Assembly: GCA_963833125.1 (NCBI GenBank)
Contig: CAWHWX010000001.1
Coordinates: 32,001 to 96,000 of the forward strand
Source: Candidatus Bathyarchaeota archaeon
GTDB taxonomy: Archaea; Thermoproteota; Bathyarchaeia; 40CM-2-53-6
Direction: 5' to 3'
DNA: 64,000 nucleotides
Position 1 is the first letter of the stretch, and each line of letters opens with the position of its first letter. The translations under genes and the position numbers were made by a program. Positions 33,318-44,394 of the stretch are shown piece after piece. Under the pieces are notes generated by a model. It did not search any database and was not told the origin of the DNA. It saw only the letters and a program-made list of their open reading frames with translations.

Positions 33318-33329
33318 CTACAGTTATAG
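33318..33329. promoter_or_regulatory. BlaI/MecI/CopY-type operator (CTACA-GT-TATAG)
   Basis: One mismatch from the TACAnnTGTA box; abuts the GGAGG RBS of the BlaI-family gene. Confidence 0.55.
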
Positions 33330-33333
33330 GAGG

Positions 33334-33723
33334 TTGTGGAGACTACCGATGTCATTAGGCGAACTTCAAGCCGACATACTTGGCGTCTTGCAGAGACTAG
33401 GCAAAGCGTCTGCTCGAGAAGTAATGAAAGAGTTGGCCACGACTCGCCAGGTTGCTTACACAACCGTTGGAACAGTTCTCGATCGCCTCTACCGGAAGGG
33501 CTTGGTTCGAAGGACCAAGGTGGTTGGGCGTGGGGGCGCCAAATATCTCTACTATCCTGCGCCCTCTGAGGAGATTCAATCGAATCTTGTTCAGCGAGCG
33601 CTCGGCCAGCTCATAAACGCCTTCGGACCGTCTATAGTTCCGACAATTTACGATAACCTCGAACGAATTTCGAAGGAAGAAGCCGACGAGCTAAAGAGAA
33701 AGGTCGATAAGGCGAGAAGGTAG
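33334..33723 (+). CDS. BlaI/MecI/CopY family transcriptional repressor
   Basis: LGELQADIL, AYTTVGTVLDRLYRKGLVRR. Confidence 0.92.
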   Translation: MWRLPMSLGELQADILGVLQRLGKASAREVMKELATTRQVAYTTVGTVLDRLYRKGLVRRTKVVGRGGAKYLYYPAPSEEIQSNLVQRALGQLINAFGPSIVPTIYDNLERISKEEADELKRKVDKARR

Positions 33724-33730
33724 CCCACAA

Positions 33731-34633
33731 TTGATCTTAGAAATCTATGCGGTCTACTTCAGCACTCTTAGAGTACTTGCCGCAATCATACTGCCTCTCG
33801 CATCCATCCTCGTATTATTCTTGATTTTCCGAAGAAGCAGTAACCCGAAATCCCGATCCTTGAGCCTCGGCATGATGATGCTCTCTTCAATCTTCTTCTG
33901 GCTCTTCATCAGCCTCAGCCTCGTCCTATGTTACGCCCTTTCAGAACTATACGAGTATCAACCAGGAGTTGCAGTTCGAACGGTCTTCGGAACCGTGCTA
34001 TTGCTTGCAATTATGGGCGGTCTGCCGCTATCCATCCTCCTAACGCGATTTTCTCCACGAATAGTTCTTGCAAAGGTGAAGAATCTCTCACCCCCTAAAC
34101 CAGATACCGCAGCCTCCTTCAACGCCCTCCGCAGAAGAATGGGAGTAGCAGACGCCGAACTAATGATCTCCAAGACAAACGTCCCCATCTCGTTCGCCGT
34201 TGAGGTCCACAAACCAATCATAGTCATGTCGGAGAAACTGCTAACTCTACTGAAGAAAGACGAAATTGAAGCGGTAATGGCTCACGAATTAGCTCACGTG
34301 AAGAACTCTGATACGATCCTGAAGGCCTTGGTCACCGCCTACAAGACCGCACTTCCCCATGACCCAATCATACGGTTGGTTGAAGCAGCTTTTCACCGAG
34401 AGAGGGAAATGGTTGCGGATGAGACCGCGGCCAGAACGACTGAGAAGCCTTTGTCACTTGCGTCGGCATTGCTGAAGATCTCTGACGCGTTTCCCAAGAA
34501 TGCCCTTCGATCCTACGGAACTCTATCGATTCTTGGGACGGGTAAAACACTGTTGAGCCGTCATCCGCCGATAAAGCTACGAATACAGCAGTTAGTTCAT
34601 TTGGCGGAAATCTATGGCTCTAGAACACGCTGA
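33731..34633 (+). CDS. M56/M48 family membrane zinc metallopeptidase (BlaR1-like, no sensor domain)
   Basis: TM helices, HELAH, REMVADE, HPP. Confidence 0.9.
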   Translation: MILEIYAVYFSTLRVLAAIILPLASILVLFLIFRRSSNPKSRSLSLGMMMLSSIFFWLFISLSLVLCYALSELYEYQPGVAVRTVFGTVLLLAIMGGLPLSILLTRFSPRIVLAKVKNLSPPKPDTAASFNALRRRMGVADAELMISKTNVPISFAVEVHKPIIVMSEKLLTLLKKDEIEAVMAHELAHVKNSDTILKALVTAYKTALPHDPIIRLVEAAFHREREMVADETAARTTEKPLSLASALLKISDAFPKNALRSYGTLSILGTGKTLLSRHPPIKLRIQQLVHLAEIYGSRTR

Positions 34634-34641
34634 TCTACGCT

Positions 34642-35491
34642 CTAGGTTTTCTCGTCCTTCTTCTTAGTGAGATCCGCAACACTCACTACTCCCAATGGGG
34701 GGAATCCCATAGAAACCCCTGCGGTCGGTGTGTTCGTCGGGACCAACATCAGGGTTCCTTTGCTTTGAAGGCCAAGCTCGTAGAGAATGTTCATCCAACG
34801 CAATTCCAAAGCCCGAATATTCTTCTCGTAGAGATTCGCGGCGTCAACCATCTTCTGGGCCGCCTCATACTCTGCCATAGCCAAAGTCACCCGTGCCCTT
34901 CGCTCGCGTTTCAGCCTGGGCTTGTCTAGACATGGCATCCTGTAAAGCTCCTGGTATTCCGATGTCTTTGACCTCAACAGAGGACACCTTAATCCCCCAA
35001 TGTTCTGTTTTCTCGTCGATTATGTTCCGGGCCTCGACGCCTACCTTCTCGCGTTCCGCGAGTAATTCGTCAAAGCTAACTTTGCCTATGACCTCTCGCA
35101 AGGTTGTCTGAGCAGCCAGAGTGGTAGCATCTAGGTACCTTTCGACGTTCAAAATCACTTTCTCTACATCTATAGCTTGGTAGAACATTATTGCATCGAC
35201 GTTGACGGGAACATTGTCTTTGGTGAAAGTTTGTTCGGTTCTAAATGGGAACGTTTGTACGCGCGTTGAGACGATGTTTGGAATTCGATCTATGAACGGG
35301 ATTATGTAAAAGAGGCCAGGACCCTTCAAACCGGTAAAACGCCCTAGGCGTAGAACGGGCGCCCGTTCCCATTCCCTGATTACCCTAATGCCAGACGCCA
35401 CGATGACTACAACGAAAAGTAGGACTATGACTCCCACAATGAACCCAGGGTCAAACAACAAATCTGCAAGCGCCATGAAACTGTCCCTCAC
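34642..35491 (-). CDS. SPFH/stomatin-like protein; frameshift near 34910
   Basis: TKDNVPVNVDA, AQTTLR, WGIKV, AMSRQAQAE|RERRA. Confidence 0.92.
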
Positions 35492-36858
35492 TCCTGAGTT
35501 TGCAACGGCTTGACCTTTAAGACTAGCCCTTCTCTCCCAACGATCTCGACTTGCTCGCCCTCTTTCACTTGCGCACCAAGACTTTCAGCTTTCCAAATCT
35601 GACCTTCAAAACTCACTTCACCCCTCGGGACGAGAGATGACACCGCCGTCCCAGTCTTACCCATCATTTGATCCGGGCCAGCCTTTACTTTCAGTCGTCT
35701 TGACTGGGCCACCTTGAAAACTACGAACCCGAATATTCCGGACATCACGAGGGCTAGCGAGATCAGTGTTTCCCGTGCCGATTGGACTGAACTTGCGGCG
35801 ATCAGCTCCCATCCCGGGAGCGGAAATTCCAAGAAGCTCGCGGCGATTACCATTCCGATTCCAGCTATGGCGAAAATTCCGACGTGCGTTTTGATCTCTA
35901 GCAGAGTAAGCGCGATACCAAGAAGGAACAGGAGGGTGGCAGCGAGGTTGATTCCTATCGCTCCAAATCCTATCAACGCAAACAAAACCATCAGTGCACC
36001 GACAATCTCAACGCCGAACCCTGGCGTCTTGAACCCAATTATGACCGCGTACATGCCGACTAGGAAGAGCGCGATTGAGATTATGGGGTTGGAGAGGAAT
36101 GTTAGGAGTTGGACGCTGTAGCTAGGTGTGTAATTGTAGGTTGGGGCTTGTGAGATTCCTGAGAAATCAAAGCTCTTCGTGTAGGTTACATTGCTTAGTG
36201 TGGATGTCAAAACGAGTTTCCGCACGGAAGTGCCCATCTGGGTGGTTGAAAGAACCAGGGTGTAAGGTTGAAGTTGAGAGAGCAGGCTGTCGAGAGTGTC
36301 AGCTGCAAATTCGATGATGTGAAGCCTGAGCGCTTCCTCCGGGCCGAGGTTGATGTTCTGCGTGATGAACTGTTGAGCCGCTGTTTCGTTTCTATCGTGA
36401 AGTCGAGCGTTGTCCCGCATCAGCCCGGTTAGAGCGTTGATGATCTTCGTTTCGTTGATGGGTTCCCCCGCTGCTGTAACCGGTTGAGCTGAGCCTATGG
36501 TCGTTCCGGAGGCCATCACGGCTACGTCCGACGCCATCAAAATGTACGTCCCGCCGCTCCAGGCCGCCGCACCTGAAGGAGTAACCCATACAACAACCGG
36601 TATTGGTGAACCGTTGAACGCATTCATAATATCCGTTACGGAACTCAAATCTCCCCCAGGAGTGTTAAGCTCATAGACGATGAGTCGTGCTCCCCCAGCG
36701 GTTGCCTCATCAATGGAACGCGTCACTAACTCTACGGTAGGGCCAGCAATGTCTGAACTTACGCTAACAACAAGCACACTGCCCTGAGCCCGAGCAGTAG
36801 GCTGGAGCGCCATGAGCACTACGATGGTGACAACTGCAACCAGCGCTAGAGGCTTCAT
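35488..36858 (-). CDS. nfeD: NfeD membrane-bound serine protease
   Basis: NTPGG, AWSGGTYI, GTTIGSAQP, TM region, C-terminal OB fold GEVSFEGQIWKA. Confidence 0.92.
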   Translation of the reverse strand: MKPLALVAVVTIVVLMALQPTARAQGSVLVVSVSSDIAGPTVELVTRSIDEATAGGARLIVYELNTPGGDLSSVTDIMNAFNGSPIPVVVWVTPSGAAAWSGGTYILMASDVAVMASGTTIGSAQPVTAAGEPINETKIINALTGLMRDNARLHDRNETAAQQFITQNINLGPEEALRLHIIEFAADTLDSLLSQLQPYTLVLSTTQMGTSVRKLVLTSTLSNVTYTKSFDFSGISQAPTYNYTPSYSVQLLTFLSNPIISIALFLVGMYAVIIGFKTPGFGVEIVGALMVLFALIGFGAIGINLAATLLFLLGIALTLLEIKTHVGIFAIAGIGMVIAASFLEFPLPGWELIAASSVQSARETLISLALVMSGIFGFVVFKVAQSRRLKVKAGPDQMMGKTGTAVSSLVPRGEVSFEGQIWKAESLGAQVKEGEQVEIVGREGLVLKVKPLQTQE

Positions 36859-36965
36859 TCAGTGTGGCGTCTCTTCATTGGGTAGGAGGAAGGCGTCCTT
36901 TAAACCCTGCTTCAGAATAGTCGACAAAATGTCCACAGTTCTGGAAAAGATTCGAGAGAAGACTC

Positions 36966-37625
36966 TTGTCACAATCAAGAACAACTAAGCAACGTTTGAT
37001 GCTTAGAATAATTGGCAGGAAATTTCCGGTAAAGGTCTGGAAGGCGGGGCGTCCTTTTGAAACCCTTATTGAAACCATACTATCACAGAACACTACCGAC
37101 CACAACAGTCACGCAGCGATGATAAAACTCAGGAAGCGGTACAAGATTAACCCGCGAACGCTCGCCAAAGCAAGGATTAGAGACTTAACGCCATGCATTA
37201 AGCAGGCTGGATTGTACAGGTCTAAGGGTCCACGAATCAAGGCAGTATCTAGAATTATTCAAACTCAGTACGGTGGGCGCCTCGCACCCATCATAAACCG
37301 GCCGTATGCGGAGGCAAAGGGTGAACTGATGACGCTTCCCGGAGTTGGGCCTAAGACCGCCGATATTCTGCTCGCATTCGTAGCGAAGAATCCAATAATC
37401 CCCGTAGATACGCACATTGCGAGAGTTACCAAACGACTCGGAATCGCTAAGCCTAACGCAAACTACGAACGAGTCCGATTGCCATTGGAGGCTCTGATTC
37501 CACCTCAAAAGAGAGTCCCATGGCACCTTTCCATTATTGCGTTCGGACGCGCAATCTGTCGCACACCCCGGCCTCGGTGCGCCATCTGTCCTGTGAATAA
37601 CTTGTGTCCCAGCAGCACCGTCTAA
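36966..37625 (+). CDS. nth: Endonuclease III
   Basis: ILSQNTTD, HhH LPGVGPKTA, VDTH, C-x6-C-x2-C-x5-C. Confidence 0.93.
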   Translation: MSQSRTTKQRLMLRIIGRKFPVKVWKAGRPFETLIETILSQNTTDHNSHAAMIKLRKRYKINPRTLAKARIRDLTPCIKQAGLYRSKGPRIKAVSRIIQTQYGGRLAPIINRPYAEAKGELMTLPGVGPKTADILLAFVAKNPIIPVDTHIARVTKRLGIAKPNANYERVRLPLEALIPPQKRVPWHLSIIAFGRAICRTPRPRCAICPVNNLCPSSTV

Positions 37626-37688
37626 CACGAAATCAACAGTAACCTGGTGTCAACAACTTTTTTTAGTGAATGTTCATTCCAAGCTTGA

Positions 37689-37895
37689 ATGAATGGTGAC
37701 TCGTTGCCAACAGAATTCAATGATGAGGACATTCCCTTCTACGCTGAAGTAACGGCAGGCGGAAGGATAACTATACCTGAAGAAATTCGCAAGATCTTCG
37801 AAATTAAGGATGGCGATGCAGTGTTCTGTCATTTGAAAATTATACCTAGGAAAAAGAACAATCTTCCTGCAAAGGAAGCCAAACAGGCTACTTAG
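37689..37895 (+). CDS. AbrB/MazE/SpoVT family DNA-binding protein
   Basis: VTAGGRITIPEEIRKIFEIKDGD. Confidence 0.88.
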   Translation: MNGDSLPTEFNDEDIPFYAEVTAGGRITIPEEIRKIFEIKDGDAVFCHLKIIPRKKNNLPAKEAKQAT

Positions 37896-38566
37896 TTTGT
37901 GTCGTTGAAAGAAGCGTTCGCCCAAGAGAGGTTAGCCTGACGCGGAGGCGGCCAGCGTTTTCCACGTTCAATCTCAACCAACCCCAGACTCTCCAATCCC
38001 TTACTCTCCTGCGATCCCCGAATGTGATAACTCAGAAGCGGCTTTCCGTAATTCACAATCTCACTCAACTTCTCTAGACTCTCAACATCGCCTCCAGAAC
38101 GCTCGATTGCACGCAGGATCTCGAGCTTAGGCTCAGTCACCGTTTGAGTATACCCATATTTCATAACCGGAAGCACTTCAGCACGATCTCCAGCCACGTC
38201 GAATGTTCTTATCCCGTGAATGAAAGCCGCCGTAACACCAGCGCACGTCAGATGCTTGCTGGCTGGTCCGACGTTTATGAGAAAATCCTGAAAGCCTTCC
38301 GTTTCCTTTTTCACTAGTTGCCCGATTGTATCGAGCATGGTTTGTATTGAGGAATCTTGAATCGGTACTATGTCAACCGCGAGCCGGAGTGTGTCATTTA
38401 GCTTTCCGGCAAGCTGTTGCGCTTGGTTCTTAGTTTCGGTTGTTGTAATGAGGACCAATTTGTGTGCTGGAAAGTTGCGGAGCCCAACAAAAACTGCTTC
38501 CTCGTTGCCTCCAAGAATCGCCATTTGAAGAGTCTTCAAAGGCATAGGGTCCGCATCCATTCGCAT
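37888..38566 (-). CDS. CARF-like + winged-HTH regulator (Csa3-like architecture); C-terminal frameshift
   Basis: Rossmann-like N-terminus (KLVLIT...FLINVGPASK), HTH SLEKLS...KPLLSYHI...GLVEI; corrected wing RGRLRVRLTSLGR. Confidence 0.7.
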
Positions 38567-38641
38567 CTAATTAAACACTCAGATGTTTAATTGACTTATA
38601 CAGAAGGTGACGGCTGATCGCAAGAAAACTCAATCGGCGAA

Positions 38642-39880
38642 ATGGAGGAAGGAAGAGTGTGGTATTCGTCACGGTTACCGTTGAGCCGTTCACTCCTTTT
38701 TCAATCGCCGCTATATGTCTCGGTTTTTCTGATGAGGTTCAGCTTCGGACTTGTACTCTTCACCCTTCCAATCTACCTTCCAAAACATGAATTCTCGAAC
38801 CTGACCGTTGGAATAATCGCAGCCGCATACCCAGCAACCGAGACCATCTGCGGGCCATGGATCGGAATTCTAGTTGATAGATTTGGGCGGCGAAAATGGA
38901 TCTATCTCGGCCTGACAATCTCCACTGTGGCGCTGTTTGCATTCACATTGAGCACGAACATCGGATACTTGGTAGCCGTGCACGCAGTGCAAGGCGTCGC
39001 GGCGGCCATGATCATTGTTAGCGCCCTGACCATGGTAACGGACGCGAGCACCAGCGCAACGCGAGGGAAAGAAATGGGGGTCTACGATTTCGCAAATCTA
39101 GGAGGGTATATGGTCGGCATTATAGCGGCCGGAATTCTGACGCGAATTAGCTCACAAACGGCTCCGTTTTACTTTGCCGCCGCTCTCGCGGCAATCGGCG
39201 CTCTCTTCGCTTATTTCAAAGTTAAGGAAACAAAAGAGAAAGGAAAGCAACGCGCCCTCTCCCCAATCCAAACATTAAAGATTCTTTTGAGCCACCGACG
39301 CGCAGCCGCGATGTTTCCGATCTGGTTGGCCATAACCACGTTCGTTGGTGTAGCCCTGACATTCGGTCCACGCCTCGGCCCATCACCGATCTTGACGAGC
39401 CTATTGTTTGGGGGAGCGGTATTGGTATTGGCGGTTACACAACCATTCTTCGGCCACCTCTCCGACAAGTATGGCCGTGATAAGCTCATGATGCTGGGCT
39501 TGCTTTCCGTTTTGGGGCTGTTCTTCACCGCCATAAACATGCTTCGGGGTAGGTTAGGGTTCAATTTCGGAGCCCCCTTCCTCGTAGTCTTCGGAATAGG
39601 TAGTTTCGCTTTTCCACCCGCCGCGCTCGCAACATTGGGCGATCTAGCCCCCGAGCGCAACCGAGGAACGACCATGGGAGTCTATAGCGTTGTCATAAGT
39701 TTAGGAACGATTATTGGCCCGCTTCTCGGCGGTTATTTGCTGGATAAGTATGGGATGAGTAGCCTGTTCTATTCCGGGCTCGTGATATTGATCGGAGCAT
39801 TGGGTCTGTCGATTCTCATAGCTGGCTCGGGGTTCAGAATCACAAGGCCGCTTGGGTTTCGTAGGCAGGGTCGAAGCTAG
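38642..39880 (+). CDS. MFS transporter
   Basis: GILVDRFGRR and GHLSDKYGRD motif A repeats; 12 TM segments. Confidence 0.92.
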   Translation: MEEGRVWYSSRLPLSRSLLFQSPLYVSVFLMRFSFGLVLFTLPIYLPKHEFSNLTVGIIAAAYPATETICGPWIGILVDRFGRRKWIYLGLTISTVALFAFTLSTNIGYLVAVHAVQGVAAAMIIVSALTMVTDASTSATRGKEMGVYDFANLGGYMVGIIAAGILTRISSQTAPFYFAAALAAIGALFAYFKVKETKEKGKQRALSPIQTLKILLSHRRAAAMFPIWLAITTFVGVALTFGPRLGPSPILTSLLFGGAVLVLAVTQPFFGHLSDKYGRDKLMMLGLLSVLGLFFTAINMLRGRLGFNFGAPFLVVFGIGSFAFPPAALATLGDLAPERNRGTTMGVYSVVISLGTIIGPLLGGYLLDKYGMSSLFYSGLVILIGALGLSILIAGSGFRITRPLGFRRQGRS

Positions 39881-41280
39881 GTTTTCTTGGAGAGGTGTGT
39901 GATGACGTCCATTTTTGTTAAGACGCCGATGGCTACTCCATCGTGTACGACTACAACGGCGTTGTGGCCTGCTGTCAAGTGCTTGTATAGTTCGGAGATG
40001 TCCGCTTTCGAGTCTACGCTCGGGAGCGCTGCGTCCATGACTTCTTGGGTTGGTTGAGACAATGATGCTCCTCTTGTGAGCAGTTTCTTCATCACCGTAT
40101 CGTCGTAGATGGTACCAAGGACATGGCCCTCTTCAATCACCGGAAGTTGAGATACGTCATGATTTCGCATCAGTTCGACTGCCTTCGCGAGTGGTTCATT
40201 GAGGGTCACCGCAATCATGGCTGGCACCTGAGAGGGTTTTGCGTTCAATATCGCCTCGACCGTGATCTTGCCTTCCTTCTCAGCCTCAATGTATCCTAGT
40301 TCGAGCATCCACTCATCAGAATACATCTTACTGAGGTAGTTTCTTCCAGTATCCGGAAAGATGACGACCACTACCTGATCTTTGGAAACCTTCTTGGCGA
40401 CCTGGAGGGTGGCGTACATCGCTGCGCCGGAGGACCCTCCAACCAAAAGCCCTTCTTCTCTAGCAAGACGGCGGGCGGTGATGAACGAATCTTTGTCGCT
40501 GACACTAATCACTTCATTCACATAATCCATCTCGAGCGTTTTGGGCATGAAGTCCTCTCCGATCCCTTCGACCTTGTAGGGGTGGGGCGGTTTGTCGATC
40601 TTGTTGTAGCGCGGATAGAAAATCGAGCCTTCGGGGTCTACGCCAATGACTTTGACTTCAGGTTTCTTCTCTTTCAGATATTTCCCAACACCCGTAATCG
40701 TGCCCCCGGTACCCATACCAATCACCACGATGTCGACTTTCCCGTCGGTTTGCTTCCAAATTTCCGGTCCCGTGGTTTTGTAGTGGACGAGTGGGTTGAT
40801 TGGGTTCACGTACTGGTTGGGCATGTACGCGTTTGATGTTTCATTCGCGATTCTTTGAGCTACGTTGTAGTAGTTTTCTGGTGAGTCGGGTGGTACGTTC
40901 GTGGGGGCGATAACCACGCGCCCGCCGAGTGCTCGAATGAGCCTACGTTTTTCTTCACTCATCTTGTCAGGCATGGTGAAGATGGCTCTGTACCCTCTTA
41001 TGGTGGCTGTGAGCGCTAGTCCCATACCTGTATTTCCCGAAGTGGGCTCAACTATTGTGCCGCGGGGCTTCAGCAAACCTTTGCGTTCGGCATCGTCAAT
41101 CATGGCGATTCCGATTCGATCCTTCACGCTTCCGCCTGGATTCAGGTACTCCAGTTTCGCGAGGATTAGGCATCGCGCGCCGTTGGTTACTTTGTTTATC
41201 TTCACAATGGGAGTGTTGCCGATTAGGCTGAGAATGTTTTCATGATACTCCAAGGTCAGCACTCCAGTAAACTCCCTCAT
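39877..41280 (-). CDS. cbs: Cystathionine beta-synthase with C-terminal CBS pair
   Basis: NPGGSVKDR, PTSGNTG, GMGTGGT, EGIG, C-terminal CBS domains. Confidence 0.92.
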   Translation of the reverse strand: MREFTGVLTLEYHENILSLIGNTPIVKINKVTNGARCLILAKLEYLNPGGSVKDRIGIAMIDDAERKGLLKPRGTIVEPTSGNTGMGLALTATIRGYRAIFTMPDKMSEEKRRLIRALGGRVVIAPTNVPPDSPENYYNVAQRIANETSNAYMPNQYVNPINPLVHYKTTGPEIWKQTDGKVDIVVIGMGTGGTITGVGKYLKEKKPEVKVIGVDPEGSIFYPRYNKIDKPPHPYKVEGIGEDFMPKTLEMDYVNEVISVSDKDSFITARRLAREEGLLVGGSSGAAMYATLQVAKKVSKDQVVVVIFPDTGRNYLSKMYSDEWMLELGYIEAEKEGKITVEAILNAKPSQVPAMIAVTLNEPLAKAVELMRNHDVSQLPVIEEGHVLGTIYDDTVMKKLLTRGASLSQPTQEVMDAALPSVDSKADISELYKHLTAGHNAVVVVHDGVAIGVLTKMDVITHLSKKT

Positions 41281-41348
41281 CCAAGGCTATATCTTGTGCC
41301 TCAAATCCGGCACAATCGATAAATCGACCTATACCCTAAACCGCTAAC

Positions 41349-41699
41349 ATGGAAGCAGTATTCTTAGTCCAACCTTGGGTTCAGACCCGGACGGCAATGG
41401 ACTGTTGCAAGCTATGTTACCAGGAGAGAGAAAGCAAAGATCATTTGGAATGTAAACGAGCCCATCTGGCCGCCTACAATTCCCTCCTCGCGATTCTCAG
41501 ACTTGAAAAGGGAAAGGAGTTCGAGGACGCTCTGAAACAGTTGGAAGAAGCGAAAGCCAAATGCCTCTCAACACCCAAACCGGACAACCAATGCCACGGT
41601 AAGTCTCAAGAAGCGTTGGGTCAAACGCTTGCGATCTACGATAAGATATTGGAAAATTACAAGAGAATAATACCCATGCGGGCTGCTCCAAAACTATAA
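41349..41699 (+). CDS. Hypothetical Cys-containing helical protein
   Basis: MDCCKLC... followed by amphipathic helices. Confidence 0.55.
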   Translation: MEAVFLVQPWVQTRTAMDCCKLCYQERESKDHLECKRAHLAAYNSLLAILRLEKGKEFEDALKQLEEAKAKCLSTPKPDNQCHGKSQEALGQTLAIYDKILENYKRIIPMRAAPKL

Positions 41700-41817
41700 G
41701 ATGCGCTAGGCGTGGATCGTGCGTATTGAGCTGTGAAAGGGTTCCTAAATCAGCCTTCCATACAACTTCAGATTTTAAGCCTCTTTAAGGCGGATTGAAA
41801 AAAGGGAACGTGGGAAC

Positions 41818-43562
41818 ATGCAACCTGAACAAGAGTCTAAGATCGGGTGGGTGGATTGGACCGAGGAAGCATTTCAGAGGGCGAAGGCAGAGAAGAAGCC
41901 GGTTCTAATGGACATTAGCGCGGTTTGGTGCCACTGGTGCCACAGACTCGATCAGGACACTTACGCGGTCCCCGACATAGCCGAATACATTCAAGCTAAT
42001 TTCATTCCGATCCGTGTGGACACAGACAAACGACCAGACATCAACCGCAGATACAACATGGGGGGTTGGCCCACAACCGCCTTCCTAACCCCAGACGGAC
42101 GTGTGATTGGCGGCGGGACTTACTTCCCTCCCGACCAGATGCGTCAACTTCTCGCGACATCAAATCAAACTGGCAGAAATCTCAAGAAAAAACCCCAACT
42201 GTGGCTTTGCCTTCCGAAGCCGAAAGCAGACCTGTCGGTGAATTGTCAAATTCCATCGTAGACGAAATACTTGGGGAGGTTGCCAACAACTTTGATCCCA
42301 TTTACGGCGGTTTCGGCTCGCAACCTAAGTTTCCCAACACGGAAGCTCAAGAATTAGCACTTTTGAAGTATCATTACACTCGGAATCGCGAGTTTCTGGG
42401 AATGGTACTTGTGACGTTGAACAATGCAGGCCGAAGTGGCACCTATGACAAGGAGATGGGAGGCTTCTTCCGATATTCAACATCTAGAGACTGGAGCATC
42501 CCACACTTTGAGAAAATGTCTGAGGACAACGCAAAATGGCTCGAACTGTACATGCACGCCTACCAATCCACCGCCGACCCATTCTACGCTGAAGTGTCAA
42601 GAGGCATTATCGAGTACGTGAACTCGTGGTTAAGTGATCAGAAGCAGGGGTGTTTCTACGGAAGCCAAGATGCGGATGAAGAATACTACAAACTAAGCAA
42701 AGCTGAACGCCTCAAGACAAAGCCACCCTTCGTTGACAAACGAATCTATACCAATTGGAATGCAATGATGATATCCGCATACCTCGATGCCTCCTTCATC
42801 CTAGCGGATCCGTTCCCACGAGAATTCGCACTCAAAAGTCTCGATCGGTTACTTCAGCTCAATTTCAGGAGAAATGAAGGCATGTACCATTGCTATGACG
42901 ACAAACCGCAACTGGAGAACCAGCTTGCCGACCAAGTACAAACCGTCAGTGCATTATGCCGTGCCAATGAATGCACGGGAGAAAGGAAGTACCTCAAGAC
43001 CGCAACAGAGCTGATGAATCTCACCGTAACAAAATTGCATGATCCAGAGTTTGGCGGGTTCTTCGATACTGTAGTTGACCCTAACGCTCCTGGCTTCCTC
43101 GGTAAACAAGCTAAACCCCTCGAAGAGAACAGCGCCGCGGCCCGCGTGCTTACAAAGCTACATCACCTAACAGGAGAACCATCCTATCGAACGCACGCGG
43201 AGGATACCTTGAAGCGTTTCGTGGATTCGTATCTCAGCTTCGGGTTCTCATCGGCCGAGTTCGCGTTGGCCGTTGACGCGTTCATGAATGAACCGAGTAT
43301 GATACAGATCGTTGGATCTCCGGACAAGCCGCAAACCAAGGGCCTACTTGCGGAGGCCAACCGCATCTATGAGCCAAGGAAGATCGTGCAAATCTTTGAC
43401 CCAGGTGTGGATTCCAAGGAAATAGAGGCGAAGGGTTACTCAATGAGTGATATTCCAACCGCCTACGTCTGTGTGGGAAGAGCCTGCACGGCTCCCATTA
43501 CGGAGCCGAAGCAGATTGCGCCGTCATTGGAACAGATGATCACGGCTAACATCAAACATTAA
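41818..43562 (+). CDS. YyaL/SSP411 (DUF255) thioredoxin-domain protein; frameshift near 42150
   Basis: WCHWCH, GGWP, GGTYFP, GGFG..PKFP, GGFFRYST..W.IPHFEKM. Confidence 0.92.
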
Positions 43563-44002
43563 GCTTCAAGCTTCAGATTATCGACCGCTAGTTTCTTCCT
43601 GATTTCCTCCATTTGTTCTGGGCGCATGAGTTTTCTTGCATTGAATCCGGCGTTGTCGTTTGGGCTTCGAGGGATTATGTGAACGTGCGCGTGGGGTATG
43701 AGTTGGTTTGCGGCAGCACCGTCGTTTATGGAAATATGGGACGCGGCGGCCCCCATCTTGGATGTTATGAGCTTATTCAGAGCGTGTACGTGCGAGTAGA
43801 GTGCACAGAATTCACGCTGGGACATGTCGTTCACACGCTCGAAGTGTGCCTTGGGTAAGACGAGAGTGTGCCCTATAGAGATTGGATACTTATCGAGAAA
43901 TGCAACGTAGCCCTGGTCTTCGTAGATGATGTATGCTGGTGTTGTTTTGCTTACGATGTCGCAGAAGACACATGCCAATTGATGAGCCACTCTAGCCGTC
44001 AC
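43559..44002 (-). CDS. HIT family protein
   Basis: CVFC, GHTLVLPK, HAHVHIIPR. Confidence 0.93.
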   Translation of the reverse strand: MTARVAHQLACVFCDIVSKTTPAYIIYEDQGYVAFLDKYPISIGHTLVLPKAHFERVNDMSQREFCALYSHVHALNKLITSKMGAAASHISINDGAAANQLIPHAHVHIIPRSPNDNAGFNARKLMRPEQMEEIRKKLAVDNLKLEA

Positions 44003-44073
44003 TAGGTGATAAGGCGAAAGTTAGATAAAACGACTCGCAACTATAGGAATACCTCATCTGTAGGCGAAGAAAC

Positions 44074-44361
44074 TTGCCAAAACGAAAAAGAACGAGGCCT
44101 AAGAAAGCAAGAAGTCGGACCACCAGGAGAACGACGCCGAGAAGGACGTCAAGAACCAGACGAAAGCATGCGGCGCCAAAAGAAACGCACTTCAATGCTT
44201 TGCTTGTCTTCATGATGTTCCTATACATGCTCAGGCTCGTGGACGAAAAAACACTCAAACGAATGCAAAGAGACCTATCCCCTCAGAAGAAACCTCCCAC
44301 GAGGCGTAAAACGAAGCGTAGGGCGAAACCCAAAGCGAAGCGCCAAAGACGCAGAAAGTAA
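44074..44361 (+). CDS. Extremely basic Arg/Lys-rich protein with a central hydrophobic helix
   Basis: 39 of 95 residues are R/K; core HFNALLVFMMFLYMLRL. Confidence 0.65.
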   Translation: MPKRKRTRPKKARSRTTRRTTPRRTSRTRRKHAAPKETHFNALLVFMMFLYMLRLVDEKTLKRMQRDLSPQKKPPTRRKTKRRAKPKAKRQRRRK

Positions 44362-44394
44362 GGCATATTAGCGATCAGGTGAAGGTGTTGCGTC

